NCBI GenBank assembly: GCA_038108555.1
Contig: JAYNIA010000018.1
Location: 1-44,659, forward strand
Source of the DNA: Nitrospinota bacterium
GTDB lineage: Bacteria; Nitrospinota; Nitrospinia; Nitrospinales; VA-1
DNA: 44,659 nt
Reading direction: 5' to 3'
The position numbers and the translations under genes were made by a program. Each line of letters begins with the position of its first letter. The stretch's first letter is position 1. Shown in pieces: positions 28,379 to 39,099 of the stretch. The notes under the pieces were generated by a model. It saw only the letters and a list, made by a program, of their open reading frames with translations, had not been told where the DNA came from and did no database searches.

Positions 28379-28801
28379 TTAAGGTTTGATCTGGATTCGG
28401 TCGGCCCTACCTGTCTCTATCCATTGAAAATAGTCCCGCAGAATTTTTGCATGGTCAAAAACCAAAGGTTCTGGGAGAGTGTTAAAAATCTCGGCCAGTT
28501 TGGCATCTGAACCGGCCCTAGGTTCCCCATCGGCCCTGGCGATAAAAACAGTAGAAATATTGTGCTGACGTGCATCCCTGGACGGGTCCGAATAGGTGTG
28601 AAATTGACCCAATAATTCAACATTTAACCCGGTTTCCTCAAGCGCTTCCCTACGGGCGGCATCCTCCAGAGATTCCCCGTAGTCCACAAATCCACCAGGA
28701 ATCGCCCACCCCAAGGGGGGATTGGCCCTTTTTATGAGAACAATCCCTGAGCCACATTCAATAATGATATCAACGGTGGGTGTCGGGTTCTTGAAAGCCA
28801 T
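28379..28801 (-). CDS. NUDIX hydrolase
   Basis: [25 protein letters not shown]udix box. Confidence 0.95.
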   Translation of the reverse strand: MAFKNPTPTVDIIIECGSGIVLIKRANPPLGWAIPGGFVDYGESLEDAARREALEETGLNVELLGQFHTYSDPSRDARQHNISTVFIARADGEPRAGSDAKLAEIFNTLPEPLVFDHAKILRDYFQWIETGRADRIQIKP

Positions 28802-28914
28802 TTAAAATTATCGGAAAAGGGATGTATACCTAAATAGTTGGTTTTTTGTATTAAATTTAAAAACTTTGTTCTCTCCAGGCGCTTTGAAAAATCCTGGAAT
28901 ATCTCCGAGCCGAC

Positions 28915-28943
28915 TTGACACAGTGCAGATAACCCGGTATTTT
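28915..28943 (+). promoter_or_regulatory. Sigma70-type promoter upstream of flgM
   Basis: TTGACA-17 nt-TATTTT. Confidence 0.55.
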
Positions 28944-28988
28944 AAAGGAGTTACGGCTATAAAAAAATTATTTATTGCTCTTTTCAGC

Positions 28989-29015
28989 TAAAGTATCTCG
29001 ATGCAATACCGATAA
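28989..29015 (+). promoter_or_regulatory. Sigma28 promoter of flgM
   Basis: TAAAGTAT-N11-ACCGATAA. Confidence 0.8.
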
Positions 29016-29109
29016 AATCTTTGTAGACCTAGTTCACTCTTGGAGGAGTTAAAGAACAGGCCTTAAGTAACTATCTAATTTACAATACAAAAGAGAAAAG
29101 GCTGGCAAA

Positions 29110-29409
29110 ATGGAAATCCCAGGTAACGATTTTCGAATCAAAGGTAAAACAATTCAGGACCGAGTCAAGGTTGGTGACAAAGCCCCAGTTGCAAAAAGTG
29201 AGGGTGCAAACCCGGCTTCCGGTGGCGAACAAATCAAAATTTCTTCAAAAGCCAGAGATGTCCAACTGGCAAATGAAGTCATCAACACGACACCAAATGT
29301 ACGTGCTAGTGAAGTGGCACGAGTTAAAGCTGCGATTGAAAAAGGGTATAACGTAGACAGCAGAGATATTGCTGAAGGCATTCTTAGAAACTTACTACAA
29401 GAATCCTAA
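29110..29409 (+). CDS. flgM: Anti-sigma28 factor FlgM
   Basis: IKISSKAR...PNVRASEVARVKAAIEKGYNVDSRDIAEGIL; sigma28 promoter upstream. Confidence 0.88.
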   Translation: MEIPGNDFRIKGKTIQDRVKVGDKAPVAKSEGANPASGGEQIKISSKARDVQLANEVINTTPNVRASEVARVKAAIEKGYNVDSRDIAEGILRNLLQES

Positions 29410-29457
29410 AATTTAGATCCACCCAACCCTTTTCTCTTTCCTGCGCAATACAAGTCC

Positions 29458-29479
29458 CCCTTTGTCCAATAACAAAGGG
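29458..29479. terminator. Hairpin between convergent genes
   Basis: ccctttgt-ccaata-acaaaggg. Confidence 0.5.
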
Positions 29480-29540
29480 TACCGCTACTTTTCCAAATAC
29501 GTAAAACCCCTAATAATTTTAAGTTTGATGACAGTTTAGG

Positions 29541-29771
29541 CTATTTTTGCTGCACTGAATCTATAGGTGTGGGGAGTGTCTTCAGGAATTCGTCGAGTTG
29601 GTCTATCAGCACGTTAACCTCCAGGCCATGCATGAGAGCGCCTTTTTCGAGGGTGTCAAAATTAACTGCAAAGCAACTGCTACAGGCCATCTCTTTTTCA
29701 TTAAAAAATCTTTTGGCCTCGGGATAAGCGCTGAGAATCTCATTAATTTTGGAGTTTTTATTGATTATCAT
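29541..29771 (-). CDS. DUF1858-domain protein
   Basis: [23 protein letters not shown]...MACSSC...[13 protein letters not shown]; start at 29771. Confidence 0.85.
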   Translation of the reverse strand: MIINKNSKINEILSAYPEAKRFFNEKEMACSSCFAVNFDTLEKGALMHGLEVNVLIDQLDEFLKTLPTPIDSVQQK

Positions 29772-29858
29772 AGCTTTACCGGTCAAATAGTCTTGCTCCC
29801 TAAACAGGGTTATGCTAGCATCTACTCTTCTTTTAGACAATATATTTCGGAGTTTGTT

Positions 29859-30056
29859 GTGTCTCAAAAATGTGAAGTTGAAGGTTGTGGTAAAAAACCC
29901 CAGTACGGCAACAATGTAAGCCATGCCAACAACAAAACGCGCAGGGTCTGGAAGCCCAACCTTAAGAAACTGCGAGTTATAGTTAAGGGGTCCATTAAAA
30001 CCATGAAGGTTTGCACTCGCTGCCTGAAAGCAGGAAAAGTCCTAAAAGCGGTTTAA
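29859..30056 (+). CDS. rpmB: 50S ribosomal protein L28
   Basis: GTG start after [30 protein letters not shown]...[11 protein letters not shown]. Confidence 0.96.
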   Translation: MSQKCEVEGCGKKPQYGNNVSHANNKTRRVWKPNLKKLRVIVKGSIKTMKVCTRCLKAGKVLKAV

Positions 30057-32287
30057 TTCACGCTCAGTTTTTTCTCCCCTTTTAGTTCCAGGCTTCCCCC
30101 CATTGCTTCTAATCTGTTTTTCACAGGTGAGTTTTTATTAAACTCTTTCATCCGCTCAAGGTAAATTACGCCTTCCACCTGGCGGATCTTGTCAAGAGTT
30201 TGATTGAGGTGTTCTACATCATGAATCTCAATGGAAAGATCGAAGTAGGCCCTCTTATGGGCTCCCTGTTGAACATTTGCCCGGGTGAGATTAATGCCTC
30301 GCTCAGCAAATGCAGCACCAATGCTTGCAAAAATTCCCGGGTTATCAGCAGCAACAATTGCAATGTGGGCCTGATAGGTGGTTTTATTTCCAGTTTCCCA
30401 TTCAACTCCTATCAATCTTTCCGAGTCATCAATCACCCGACTCACGCTGGGACAATCGATATGATGAACGGTTACCCCCCTTCCTCTCGTCATATAACCC
30501 ACAATGGGTTCTCCCGGTAAGGGGTGACAGCATTTACCAATTCGGATCATTATATTTTCATTAAGGCATTGCACCTTAATGGCATTACCCGGTTTGTTTT
30601 CCTTCAGTTTAATAAGAGTTTCCTCTTTCGGTTTCTTTCCTTCAAGTTTTTCTTTCGGCAAAAGTTTTTCCAATACATGGTAGGAAGAGAGTTTTCCAAT
30701 TCCTATACCTGCAAATAGACTATCGGTAGATTTGAAACCACAGGCGTGGGCTGCTTCCTCCAATTCTTCTTTTCCCAACACATCGAAAGGATCAAAGCCA
30801 TAGTCCCTGATTTCCTTTTCTAACAACTCCCTCCCAAACTCTTGGTTTCTTGCTCTTTCTTCATTATTAATAAAACTCGATATCCGGTTGCGCGCCTTGG
30901 GCGTTTTTACAAAAGACAGCCAGTCTCGACTGGGAGAGGCATCTTCAGAAGTCACGACTTCGACCTGGTCTCCATTCCTTAATTTATAGCGAAGGGGAAC
31001 AGGTTTTCCATTCACTTTTGCGGACTGACAATGGCAACCTAAATCGGTATGAACCTGAAAGGCAAAATCTATAGGAGTGGCGTTATACGGCAAGGCAATG
31101 ACTTCCCCTCCCGGAGTAAAAACAAAAACCTCATGTGGAAAAAGGTTGACCTTAAATGCGTTAAGAAACTCCTTTGGATTCATCAAATCTTTTTGGTTTT
31201 CAAGCAAATGCCGAACCCATAGAAGTTGATTATTTACGTTTTTCTCGCTCTGCCCTTCACTTTCTTTATACATCCAATGGGCGGCGATGCCTTCTTCACA
31301 GGTTTTATGCATTTCCTCGGAACGAATTTGGACTTCCACCCTTTCTCCGCGGGGTCCAATCACTGTTGTGTGAAGTGACTGGTAACGATTGGGTTTAGGC
31401 ATCGCAATATAATCTTTAAATTTTCCCGGTATCGGTTTCCAGACGGAATGTACAAGTCCCAATATGGAATAACAATTCTGTAATGAATCTGTCAAAACCC
31501 TCAATCCAACCAGATCATAAACATCCTCAAAGCTAATGTTCTGATCCATCATCTTTTTGTAGATACTGTAATAGTTTTTAGGACGTCCGGTAACCTTTCC
31601 CTTAATCTGGGCAGATTTCAGTTCCTTTTCCAAACGTTGAATCGATTTTTCCACATACTTGTCTCGATACTCCTGTCCCTTCGCCACCTTTTCCTTTATA
31701 GCTTTATATTCTTCAGGATATAAATAGCGAAACGAGTTGTTTTCCAATTCTGTTTTCAACCAGCCAATTCCCAACCGGTTGGCAATAGGCGCATAGATAT
31801 CTATTGTTTCTCGGGCGATTCTTCTTTGCCTTTCTTCGGAAAGTGATTCGAGGGTCTGCACATTATGAGCACGGTCAGCCAGTTTGATTAGAACCACCCG
31901 GATGTCCTTCGCCATAGCAAAAATCATTTTGCGATAATTTTCCGCCTGATTTTCTTCATGGCTGGAAAATTTCATTTTGCTGATTTTGGTGACTCCATCC
32001 ACCAACTGAAAAATTTCTTCACCAAACAATTCCTGAATTTCTTCAGAGGTGGACAACGTATCCTCAATGGTGTCATGCAACAACCCTGCAGCCAGGGTGG
32101 TTTCATCCATTTTTAATTTTGCAAGATTATTAGCGACTTCTAAAGGATGGGAAATATATGCCTCTCCAGACCTTCGGCTTTGTCCCTGATGGGCTTTTGC
32201 AGAATATTCGTAGGCCCTTTGAACAACACCCACATCGGCATTGGGCAGGTAGTTTGAAAGCGCATCTGTAAGATCTTCAATTTTCAT
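30053..32287 (-). CDS. spoT: Bifunctional (p)ppGpp synthetase/hydrolase (RelA/SpoT homologue)
   Basis: HD domain (LLHDTIED), [23 protein letters not shown] ([10 protein letters not shown]), CCHP, ACT. Confidence 0.96.
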   Translation of the reverse strand: MKIEDLTDALSNYLPNADVGVVQRAYEYSAKAHQGQSRRSGEAYISHPLEVANNLAKLKMDETTLAAGLLHDTIEDTLSTSEEIQELFGEEIFQLVDGVTKISKMKFSSHEENQAENYRKMIFAMAKDIRVVLIKLADRAHNVQTLESLSEERQRRIARETIDIYAPIANRLGIGWLKTELENNSFRYLYPEEYKAIKEKVAKGQEYRDKYVEKSIQRLEKELKSAQIKGKVTGRPKNYYSIYKKMMDQNISFEDVYDLVGLRVLTDSLQNCYSILGLVHSVWKPIPGKFKDYIAMPKPNRYQSLHTTVIGPRGERVEVQIRSEEMHKTCEEGIAAHWMYKESEGQSEKNVNNQLLWVRHLLENQKDLMNPKEFLNAFKVNLFPHEVFVFTPGGEVIALPYNATPIDFAFQVHTDLGCHCQSAKVNGKPVPLRYKLRNGDQVEVVTSEDASPSRDWLSFVKTPKARNRISSFINNEERARNQEFGRELLEKEIRDYGFDPFDVLGKEELEEAAHACGFKSTDSLFAGIGIGKLSSYHVLEKLLPKEKLEGKKPKEETLIKLKENKPGNAIKVQCLNENIMIRIGKCCHPLPGEPIVGYMTRGRGVTVHHIDCPSVSRVIDDSERLIGVEWETGNKTTYQAHIAIVAADNPGIFASIGAAFAERGINLTRANVQQGAHKRAYFDLSIEIHDVEHLNQTLDKIRQVEGVIYLERMKEFNKNSPVKNRLEAMGGSLELKGEKKLSVN

Positions 32288-32447
32288 ATTGCTTTACCTT
32301 TTAAAGATCGTCCAAATCTGATTCCATTTTCACGCAAAAACACTATTGATGCAAAGCTCCTTAGTGTAAGCATACTTCTACATTTTTTTTCTGTCAATCA
32401 ACAATCAAAGCCTTGCTCCGGTCGGCATGGAAGGCTAATATTGGACC

Positions 32448-34574
32448 ATGAATTCGACAGGATGGAAAAAACCATCATTGGATGACCCCATCCAATATAT
32501 AAAAGGGGTTGGGCCCAAAAAAGCACTCCTTTTGGAAAAGCTGCAGCTGACATCTATAGAAGACTTCCTATACTTCCTGCCATTCCGTTACGAAGACAGA
32601 AGCCAGTTAAAAAAAATTTCCGACCTCATTCCTGGTGAGTTTGCAACTTTTGTCGGCGAAGTGCTCAATTCCGGTGTCATTTATATGGGACGCCGAAAAA
32701 GGGTGTTCGAAGTTATTTTTCAAGATGAAACCGGAACCAGCCGAGCAAAGTTTTTCCGTTTTAATGAAACCTATATGCTGGAAAAGTTTAAGACCGGTGA
32801 AAAACTCATTGTTTCAGGAAAACCCGTTGTCAATAAAAGAAGTGGATTGGAAATCGTCCACCCCGATACAGAAAGGATAACCGAGGGGACAACAACGCTC
32901 CCCGAAGCGGGTAAAATCATGCCTGTCTATCACACCACCGAAGGCCTTCATCAAAAATCTATTCGAAGCATTTTACACAATGTCCTCGACAAGTATTTGC
33001 CCCTGGTCGAAGAAATAATTCCCGAAGAAGTATTACGCCGACAAAATTTTCCTTCCCGGGCAGAAGCTTTTCATCAAGCCCATTTTCCCCCAACAGAGGG
33101 ATTCAAAGCCAGGGAACTGGACGGTTTTAAAACTCCGGCACAAAAAAGGCTGATCTTTGAAGAGCTGTTCCTGATTCAAACCGGTTTAGCATTCAAGAAA
33201 AAACATTCAGATGAAATAAAGACAGGGATGACTTTTAAAACACGCGGCCCCCTAATCAAACAGTTCATAAAACTACTACCTTTCCAATTTACGGAAGCCC
33301 AGAAAAGGGTTTTGTCAGAAATCATGGAAGACCTTGAAAGAGAACAATCCATGAATCGTCTTGTTCAGGGGGACGTGGGTAGCGGAAAAACCATTGTGGC
33401 ATTAACCGCCCTGCTAACTGCGGTGGAAAATAACACGCAAGCCGCATTAATGGTTCCCACAGAAATTCTTGCTGAACAACATTACCTAAACATCCGTCCT
33501 TATTGTGATGATCTGGGAATCGAGCTGGTTCTCGTTACCGGAAACCTGAAAGGAAAAGAAAGACAGATGGTGTATCAGGATATTGAAACTGGAAAAACCC
33601 AAATCATCATCGGCACTCATGCCCTGGTGCAAAAAGAAATTAAATTTAAAAAGTTGGGCCTGGCTGTAGTCGATGAACAACACCGCTTTGGAGTATTGCA
33701 AAGAGAAGCTTTAGGAAAGAAAGGAGACAACCCTCACCTGCTCATCATGACGGCAACTCCCATACCCCGTTCCCTGGCCTTGACTCTGTATGGTGATATG
33801 GATGTATCGTTTCTGGATGAGTTCCCACCCGGAAGGCAACCCATATCCACAAAAGTATATTTTGAAAAACAACAACACAAGGCCTACGAGCTGATGGAAA
33901 AAGAATTGAAGATGGGAAGACAGGCTTTTGTCGTCTGTCCGTTGATTGAAGAGTCTGAGGTCATGGACCTTAAAGCAGCAACCACAGTTTTTGAATCTAT
34001 CCGGGAAAGGTTTCCAGAATTTACTGCCTGCCTGATTCATGGAAAACTAAAAAAGGAAGAGCGTCAGGAAATAATGGCAAAGTTTCTAAAAAAAGAAATA
34101 CATGTTCTGGTTTCAACGACGGTGATTGAGGTGGGAATTGATGTTCCCAATGCAACAGTAATGATCATTGAACATGCCGAGCGATTTGGCCTCGCACAAC
34201 TGCATCAGCTCAGAGGACGAGTGGGTCGGGGACAACATGCTTCCCACTGCCTTTTAGCCGCCTACTTCCCTGTTTCAGATGAAGGCAAGGCAAGAATGAA
34301 CGCCATGCAAAATTGCAGAGACGGATTCGAAATTGCAGAAGAAGATCTAAAGATAAGGGGACCGGGAGATTTTATGGGAACCCGGCAATCGGGAATACCT
34401 ATTTTAAAAATCGCCAATCTGGTGCGTGATATAAAAACCCTTGATATCGCCAGAAAAGAGGCCTTCGCCTTGATCGACCGCGACCCCAATCTTGATAACC
34501 CTGCCAATCAACCTTTAAAAAACGCAGTCCAAAGATTGCTCGGAAAACACCTGCCTTTGATGGATATTATCTAG
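32448..34574 (+). CDS. recG: ATP-dependent DNA helicase RecG
   Basis: QGDVGSGKT, DEQHRFG, MTATPIPRSL, QLHQLRGRVGRG, DLKIRGPG. Confidence 0.98.
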   Translation: MNSTGWKKPSLDDPIQYIKGVGPKKALLLEKLQLTSIEDFLYFLPFRYEDRSQLKKISDLIPGEFATFVGEVLNSGVIYMGRRKRVFEVIFQDETGTSRAKFFRFNETYMLEKFKTGEKLIVSGKPVVNKRSGLEIVHPDTERITEGTTTLPEAGKIMPVYHTTEGLHQKSIRSILHNVLDKYLPLVEEIIPEEVLRRQNFPSRAEAFHQAHFPPTEGFKARELDGFKTPAQKRLIFEELFLIQTGLAFKKKHSDEIKTGMTFKTRGPLIKQFIKLLPFQFTEAQKRVLSEIMEDLEREQSMNRLVQGDVGSGKTIVALTALLTAVENNTQAALMVPTEILAEQHYLNIRPYCDDLGIELVLVTGNLKGKERQMVYQDIETGKTQIIIGTHALVQKEIKFKKLGLAVVDEQHRFGVLQREALGKKGDNPHLLIMTATPIPRSLALTLYGDMDVSFLDEFPPGRQPISTKVYFEKQQHKAYELMEKELKMGRQAFVVCPLIEESEVMDLKAATTVFESIRERFPEFTACLIHGKLKKEERQEIMAKFLKKEIHVLVSTTVIEVGIDVPNATVMIIEHAERFGLAQLHQLRGRVGRGQHASHCLLAAYFPVSDEGKARMNAMQNCRDGFEIAEEDLKIRGPGDFMGTRQSGIPILKIANLVRDIKTLDIARKEAFALIDRDPNLDNPANQPLKNAVQRLLGKHLPLMDII

Positions 34575-34683
34575 CCCTAAATCCTTCTTAGAATTGCTCA
34601 TTTTTTAATCAGTAGTAAACAAAAATATACAGTTGCTAAAATTAGCCTTTTAAAGAAATCGCGGTTATTCAAACCTTTTCTTT

Positions 34684-34699
34684 CGGCATGTAAATTGCT
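34684..34699 (+). promoter_or_regulatory. Possible sigma54 (-24/-12) promoter
   Basis: CGGCAT-GTAAA-TTGCT with correct GG-N10-GC spacing, ~90 nt upstream of the lipoprotein gene. Confidence 0.45.
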
Positions 34700-34791
34700 C
34701 TATAGATTCTCACATCCACAACCAGAAGGTATCACAAGCGGGGAGATTGCGTGTCTGTCTGGTTTTGTAAATTGCAATTTTGGGAGGGAAA

Positions 34792-35211
34792 ATGAGAATT
34801 TTAAGGTTGGGGGTGGCATTAATTTTTGTTTCAATTTTTTCTGGTTGTGCGGCAGTAGCTATAACAGGCGGAAGTCTTGGATTGGGATATTCCGTAACCA
34901 ACGTGGCAAAAAAGACAATCAATCATCCACTTGACAGGGTTGTTGGAGCTGTGATGGATGCGTCCAATAAAATGGAGATTAGAGTCATTGAAAATTGGGG
35001 AAACGAAGAAGGAAGAACAATTAAGGCAACAACCAAAAGCTTAAGTATCTATATTGAACTGGAATCTATTACTCCAAAAACTACCAAGATGACTATTAAT
35101 GCTAAAGAAGGTCTTTTCTTCAAAGATAAGTCGACCGCAAACGCGATCATTCTTGAAGCAGAGAAATTTCTTGTCAAGGAACCCGGTGTGAGGGTTGCGG
35201 CTTATCCGTGA
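34792..35211 (+). CDS. DUF3568-family lipoprotein
   Basis: Lipobox FSGC, GGAGG RBS, I.LESITPKTTKMTI.A...DK.TA..I pattern. Confidence 0.75.
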   Translation: MRILRLGVALIFVSIFSGCAAVAITGGSLGLGYSVTNVAKKTINHPLDRVVGAVMDASNKMEIRVIENWGNEEGRTIKATTKSLSIYIELESITPKTTKMTINAKEGLFFKDKSTANAIILEAEKFLVKEPGVRVAAYP

Positions 35212-35246
35212 TCCCTCGCAAATTTATGGGGACCCTGATTAATCGG

Positions 35247-35819
35247 CTATTCAACCACCAGATGCTGAAGCTTCGGAAAGGTATTGCACTCTTTCAACAG
35301 CTTTTTTCCTTCTTCGGTAAGGCCGCTACCGAAGACCTCCAGATATTCCAGTCCCCCCAAAGTACTGCTTTCTGCCAATGCCTTTGCACCTTCATCCCCA
35401 ATCTGGTTTTGAGCCAAATCAAGGTTCTTAAGGTTGACCAGGTTGGTGGAAGAGGCAATGGCTTTTGCACCTTCGGCCCCTACCCTGTTTTTCCAAAAAT
35501 TGATAAAGCTCAAATAAGAAAAGTTTGAAGAATTGGCAATGGCAATAGCACCTGCATCGCTTATTTCGTTCCGTTCCAGATGCAGTTCTTTCAGATTGGT
35601 AATAATTGTTGAACTGGCAAGGGCCTGAATGCCTTTATCCGTTAATTCATTTCTTTCCAGGTTCAAAACTTCCAGGTCGATCAAGTCCGGGCATTTGGCT
35701 AGAAAATCGGCTCCGTCGTCGCCGATGTATTTTATTCGCAGGTCAAGCTCGGTTCCATTTTTTGCCAGGTGTTTTTTTACAAGAACATCTACAGGTTCAT
35801 CATTAAAGGGTCTATTCAT
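35247..35819 (-). CDS. Leucine-rich repeat protein (RI/GALA-like)
   Basis: 28-aa repeats LEVLNLERNELTDKG, LKELHLERNEISDAG, LKNLDLAQNQIGDEG. Confidence 0.9.
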   Translation of the reverse strand: MNRPFNDEPVDVLVKKHLAKNGTELDLRIKYIGDDGADFLAKCPDLIDLEVLNLERNELTDKGIQALASSTIITNLKELHLERNEISDAGAIAIANSSNFSYLSFINFWKNRVGAEGAKAIASSTNLVNLKNLDLAQNQIGDEGAKALAESSTLGGLEYLEVFGSGLTEEGKKLLKECNTFPKLQHLVVE

Positions 35820-36068
35820 TCTATTTACATCCTTTTGTCAGGAACGGGCTTTTTTGAAGTTTAACATTTGCGGTCTTGCTTGCCAATAAATGCACCGCTT
35901 CAATTCAATAAAAAGAAGGAGTTATTCTATAGTCCCTCCCTTCATTGTCAACCCCTCTATATGATTAGGGTAAAATTTGAAAAAATTAGGGCTGGGGTTA
36001 TAGGTTTTTGTCCTCTTTAATTTTTATGAGACAATGGATTTATTGAGCTCATTTTATTTCAGGAAATC

Positions 36069-36977
36069 ATGGAAGAAACACCACCCAATTATGACCCGCA
36101 GGTTCTTGCACGTATTTCTTCACTGAAAATAACAGCAATGAATTTGGTGGATGGTTTACTGACCGGCCAACACCGAAGCCGCCATAAGGGATCCAGCGTG
36201 GAGTTTGCCGAGTACAAAGATTATTCTCCCGGCGATGAGATCCGGCATATTGATTGGAAGGTGGCAGGAAAAACTGACAAGTATCATGTCAAACAATTTG
36301 AACAGTCCACCAACCTGAAATGCACTATTCTTTTAGATGCCAGTGGTTCCATGGCCTATCAGTCGCCGTTTGATAACGGAGGATCAAAAATTGACTATGC
36401 CCGAAATTTGGTAGCGGGCTTAACTTATTTATTCCTGAAACAATTCGATGCAATCGGGTTGACCCTGTTCAATGACCAAATTATTGAACATATTCCTCCC
36501 CGCTCAAAAGCTTCGCATTTGCAGCATATTCTACATGGTCTTTCTACAATCTCTGCGGAGGGGGTTACCCGGATAGACGATGTTCTCGCTGGCCTTGCTG
36601 AACGGTTGCAGGGTAGAAGCATGCTCATCCTGGTTTCTGATTTTTTAACTCGAGATCAGGATATTCACAAAAGTTTAAAACTATTACGGTCCCGGGGACT
36701 TGAAGTCATTCTTTTTCACATTCTGCATCCTGACGAAATAAATTTACCTTTTGAAGGGGACACCGTATTTGAGTCACTTGAAGATGACCCTATGGTAGGT
36801 TTGGACCCCATAGACATTCGCGAAGAATACCAAAAGGCCATTCAAGAACAAATCGACCATCTAAAAAACGTCAGCAATGGATTGGGAATCGATTATGTAC
36901 TTTTAAACACCTCCACATCATTGCAACAGGCCCTGAGTTACTACCTGCTAAAACGAAAAAGCTTCATCAAATCATGA
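36069..36977 (+). CDS. DUF58 domain protein (MoxR-associated)
   Basis: GQHRS..KGSSVEFAEYKDYSPGDEIRHIDWK, LDASGSM, VSDF. Confidence 0.95.
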   Translation: MEETPPNYDPQVLARISSLKITAMNLVDGLLTGQHRSRHKGSSVEFAEYKDYSPGDEIRHIDWKVAGKTDKYHVKQFEQSTNLKCTILLDASGSMAYQSPFDNGGSKIDYARNLVAGLTYLFLKQFDAIGLTLFNDQIIEHIPPRSKASHLQHILHGLSTISAEGVTRIDDVLAGLAERLQGRSMLILVSDFLTRDQDIHKSLKLLRSRGLEVILFHILHPDEINLPFEGDTVFESLEDDPMVGLDPIDIREEYQKAIQEQIDHLKNVSNGLGIDYVLLNTSTSLQQALSYYLLKRKSFIKS

Positions 36978-39082
36978 GCCTAAACTTTTCCTCACCCCTA
37001 TTTTTATTTGGATTGCTGGGTATCTCCATTCCCATCCTGATCCACCTATTAACCCGAAGGCAGCAAAAACATGTGCTATTTTCTGCCGTTTATTTACTTT
37101 TTCAATCGCAAAAACGTTCAGTAAAAAAATCTAACCCAAACCGATTGTTACTGCTCTTTCTCCGGTGCCTCAGCATTGCCTTGTTCAGCCTTGCTTTGGC
37201 GAACCCGTTTTTTTCAATGGGAAATTCTGAGGCGTTTCGAAGCAGTTCTCCCGGCTCTTATGTTTTCATTGTCGATGATTCCTTCAGCATGAGAACCGAG
37301 GTAAAGGAAAAAAACCTATTTGAGCTTGCGACCCAATTCCTGTCAAAACTTTTAGACCAAATCCCAGAAGGCAGCGAGTTCAGCCTTGTTCTAGCCTCTT
37401 CCCCAGCACAAGTTAGTCAGGGATGGATGGCACAAAAGGACGGTTTTTTTAAATTAGTTCAAAACCAGAAACCCTCTTTTCAAACTACGGACATTGGTAA
37501 TGCTCTCGATAGTGCCGTCGGCCTTTTAAAAACTTCCAACAACAAAGAAAAAGAAATTATCCTCTTAACGGACCTGGACAATAATGGATGGGATAAAGAA
37601 GTCATTTCTGAAATAGAAACTTTAACTAACACCCCTCTGAAGATTTATAATTTCTCTTCTTTAACTACATCGGGAAACAAAATAGCGGTAGAAAATGTTC
37701 AATCTCACCAGGAATTCCTATCCCGCAGCCGGATATTAAAAATAAAAGCACAAATAAAAAATTACTCAAATGAAAACCAACGAGTTCCCATTTCATTAAT
37801 CCTGGATAAAAAATCTGTTAAAGAGCATCTGGTTAATATTCAGGCCGGCCAGACATTCACTCAGGAATTTTCGCTTCCCATCCGCAAAGGAGATCCCATA
37901 AAAGGAGAAATCAGGGCTGGCAAAGATACTTTGCCCACAGATAGCAAACGTTATTTTTCCCACCATCCCAATCAAAACATCAAGGTTTTGGTTGTGGATG
38001 GAGATCCTGGTACGATTTCACACCAAAGCGAATCCTTTTATCTTGAAAGGGCCCTCAATCCCTTTTCGGTCTCCCTTTCCCATATCGATCCAACCGTAAC
38101 AACTCTGGCCGAACTTCCATTGCGAAAGCTTTCCGATTTCGCGGTGGTTATCCTGGCCAATGTACGAGAGCTTCCTGTAAATTTTGAACTGGAACTTGAA
38201 AGCTTTGTATTAAACGGGGGTTCTTTAATATTTGGGATGGGGGATCAGATAAACGCGAGATATTACAACCAACGGCTGGGCAACCTGTTGCCCGTTACCC
38301 TGGAAACAGTACAAAACCAGGAAACGACACATTTATTATTTAAAAATAACAAGCACCCTGTGATGGAAGCGTTTTCCCCTAAAGCCATAGATGAAATGAA
38401 AGAAATACCATTCCGCTCCATATACACCATTCAAGCAAGGGATGAAAAAAATTTCAAAGTAGCCAATTGGTTCAGCAACCAAAATCCCGCAGTATTGGAA
38501 ACTGATTTTGGAAAAGGGAAAATCATCCTTTTCCTCAGTTCCCTGGATCGCGAATGGAACGACTTCCCGATTCAGCCCACCTTCCTTCCCTGGATACAAA
38601 GATGGACCCAATATGCGGCACGCGGATTAAAAAATGTATCTCACCAAAACCTATTGGTCGGCGAAATTTTTAACCAAAGGATGGAAAAAGGTTTATGGGC
38701 CATTCAAGCTCCCGGAGGAATTTTTCATTTGGTCAAGTCGAATGAGGGCCAAATCCGCTTTAATAAAAATGACATTCCGGGAGTTTATACCGTATTTGAA
38801 TTACCGGAAAACTACACTAAAGAAAATATTTCCAGACTGCCATTGGGCTCAGAACCAGTAGGCACCTATACAATAAACGTCGACACCAAAGAATCATCAT
38901 CACAAAAAATTTCTGAGGAAACTATAAAATCTTATTTGCCCAACCTGAAAGTATCTATAAAAAAACCGGAGTTGGATGGAACAAAATCACCTACTTCCGA
39001 GGGCGTGTTGCTGGCGACCCCGTTATTTCTTTTAGTTGCAGGAATTCTTCTTTTGGAAGGATGGATGGTTAGAAGGGAATAA
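36974..39082 (+). CDS. BatA-like N-terminal double-TM + vWA domain membrane protein
   Basis: PILIHLL, LLLFLRCL, VDDSFSM (MIDAS), LLTD, C-terminal TM LLLEGW. Confidence 0.9.
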   Translation: MSLNFSSPLFLFGLLGISIPILIHLLTRRQQKHVLFSAVYLLFQSQKRSVKKSNPNRLLLLFLRCLSIALFSLALANPFFSMGNSEAFRSSSPGSYVFIVDDSFSMRTEVKEKNLFELATQFLSKLLDQIPEGSEFSLVLASSPAQVSQGWMAQKDGFFKLVQNQKPSFQTTDIGNALDSAVGLLKTSNNKEKEIILLTDLDNNGWDKEVISEIETLTNTPLKIYNFSSLTTSGNKIAVENVQSHQEFLSRSRILKIKAQIKNYSNENQRVPISLILDKKSVKEHLVNIQAGQTFTQEFSLPIRKGDPIKGEIRAGKDTLPTDSKRYFSHHPNQNIKVLVVDGDPGTISHQSESFYLERALNPFSVSLSHIDPTVTTLAELPLRKLSDFAVVILANVRELPVNFELELESFVLNGGSLIFGMGDQINARYYNQRLGNLLPVTLETVQNQETTHLLFKNNKHPVMEAFSPKAIDEMKEIPFRSIYTIQARDEKNFKVANWFSNQNPAVLETDFGKGKIILFLSSLDREWNDFPIQPTFLPWIQRWTQYAARGLKNVSHQNLLVGEIFNQRMEKGLWAIQAPGGIFHLVKSNEGQIRFNKNDIPGVYTVFELPENYTKENISRLPLGSEPVGTYTINVDTKESSSQKISEETIKSYLPNLKVSIKKPELDGTKSPTSEGVLLATPLFLLVAGILLLEGWMVRRE

Positions 39083-39099
39083 AAATACTTTAAAATTTC

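Noticed and set aside
29598..29924. Long overlapping N-terminal extensions of L28 and the DUF1858 ORF
   Set aside because: ORF-caller extensions; homology-consistent starts at 29859 and 29771 leave a normal divergent spacer
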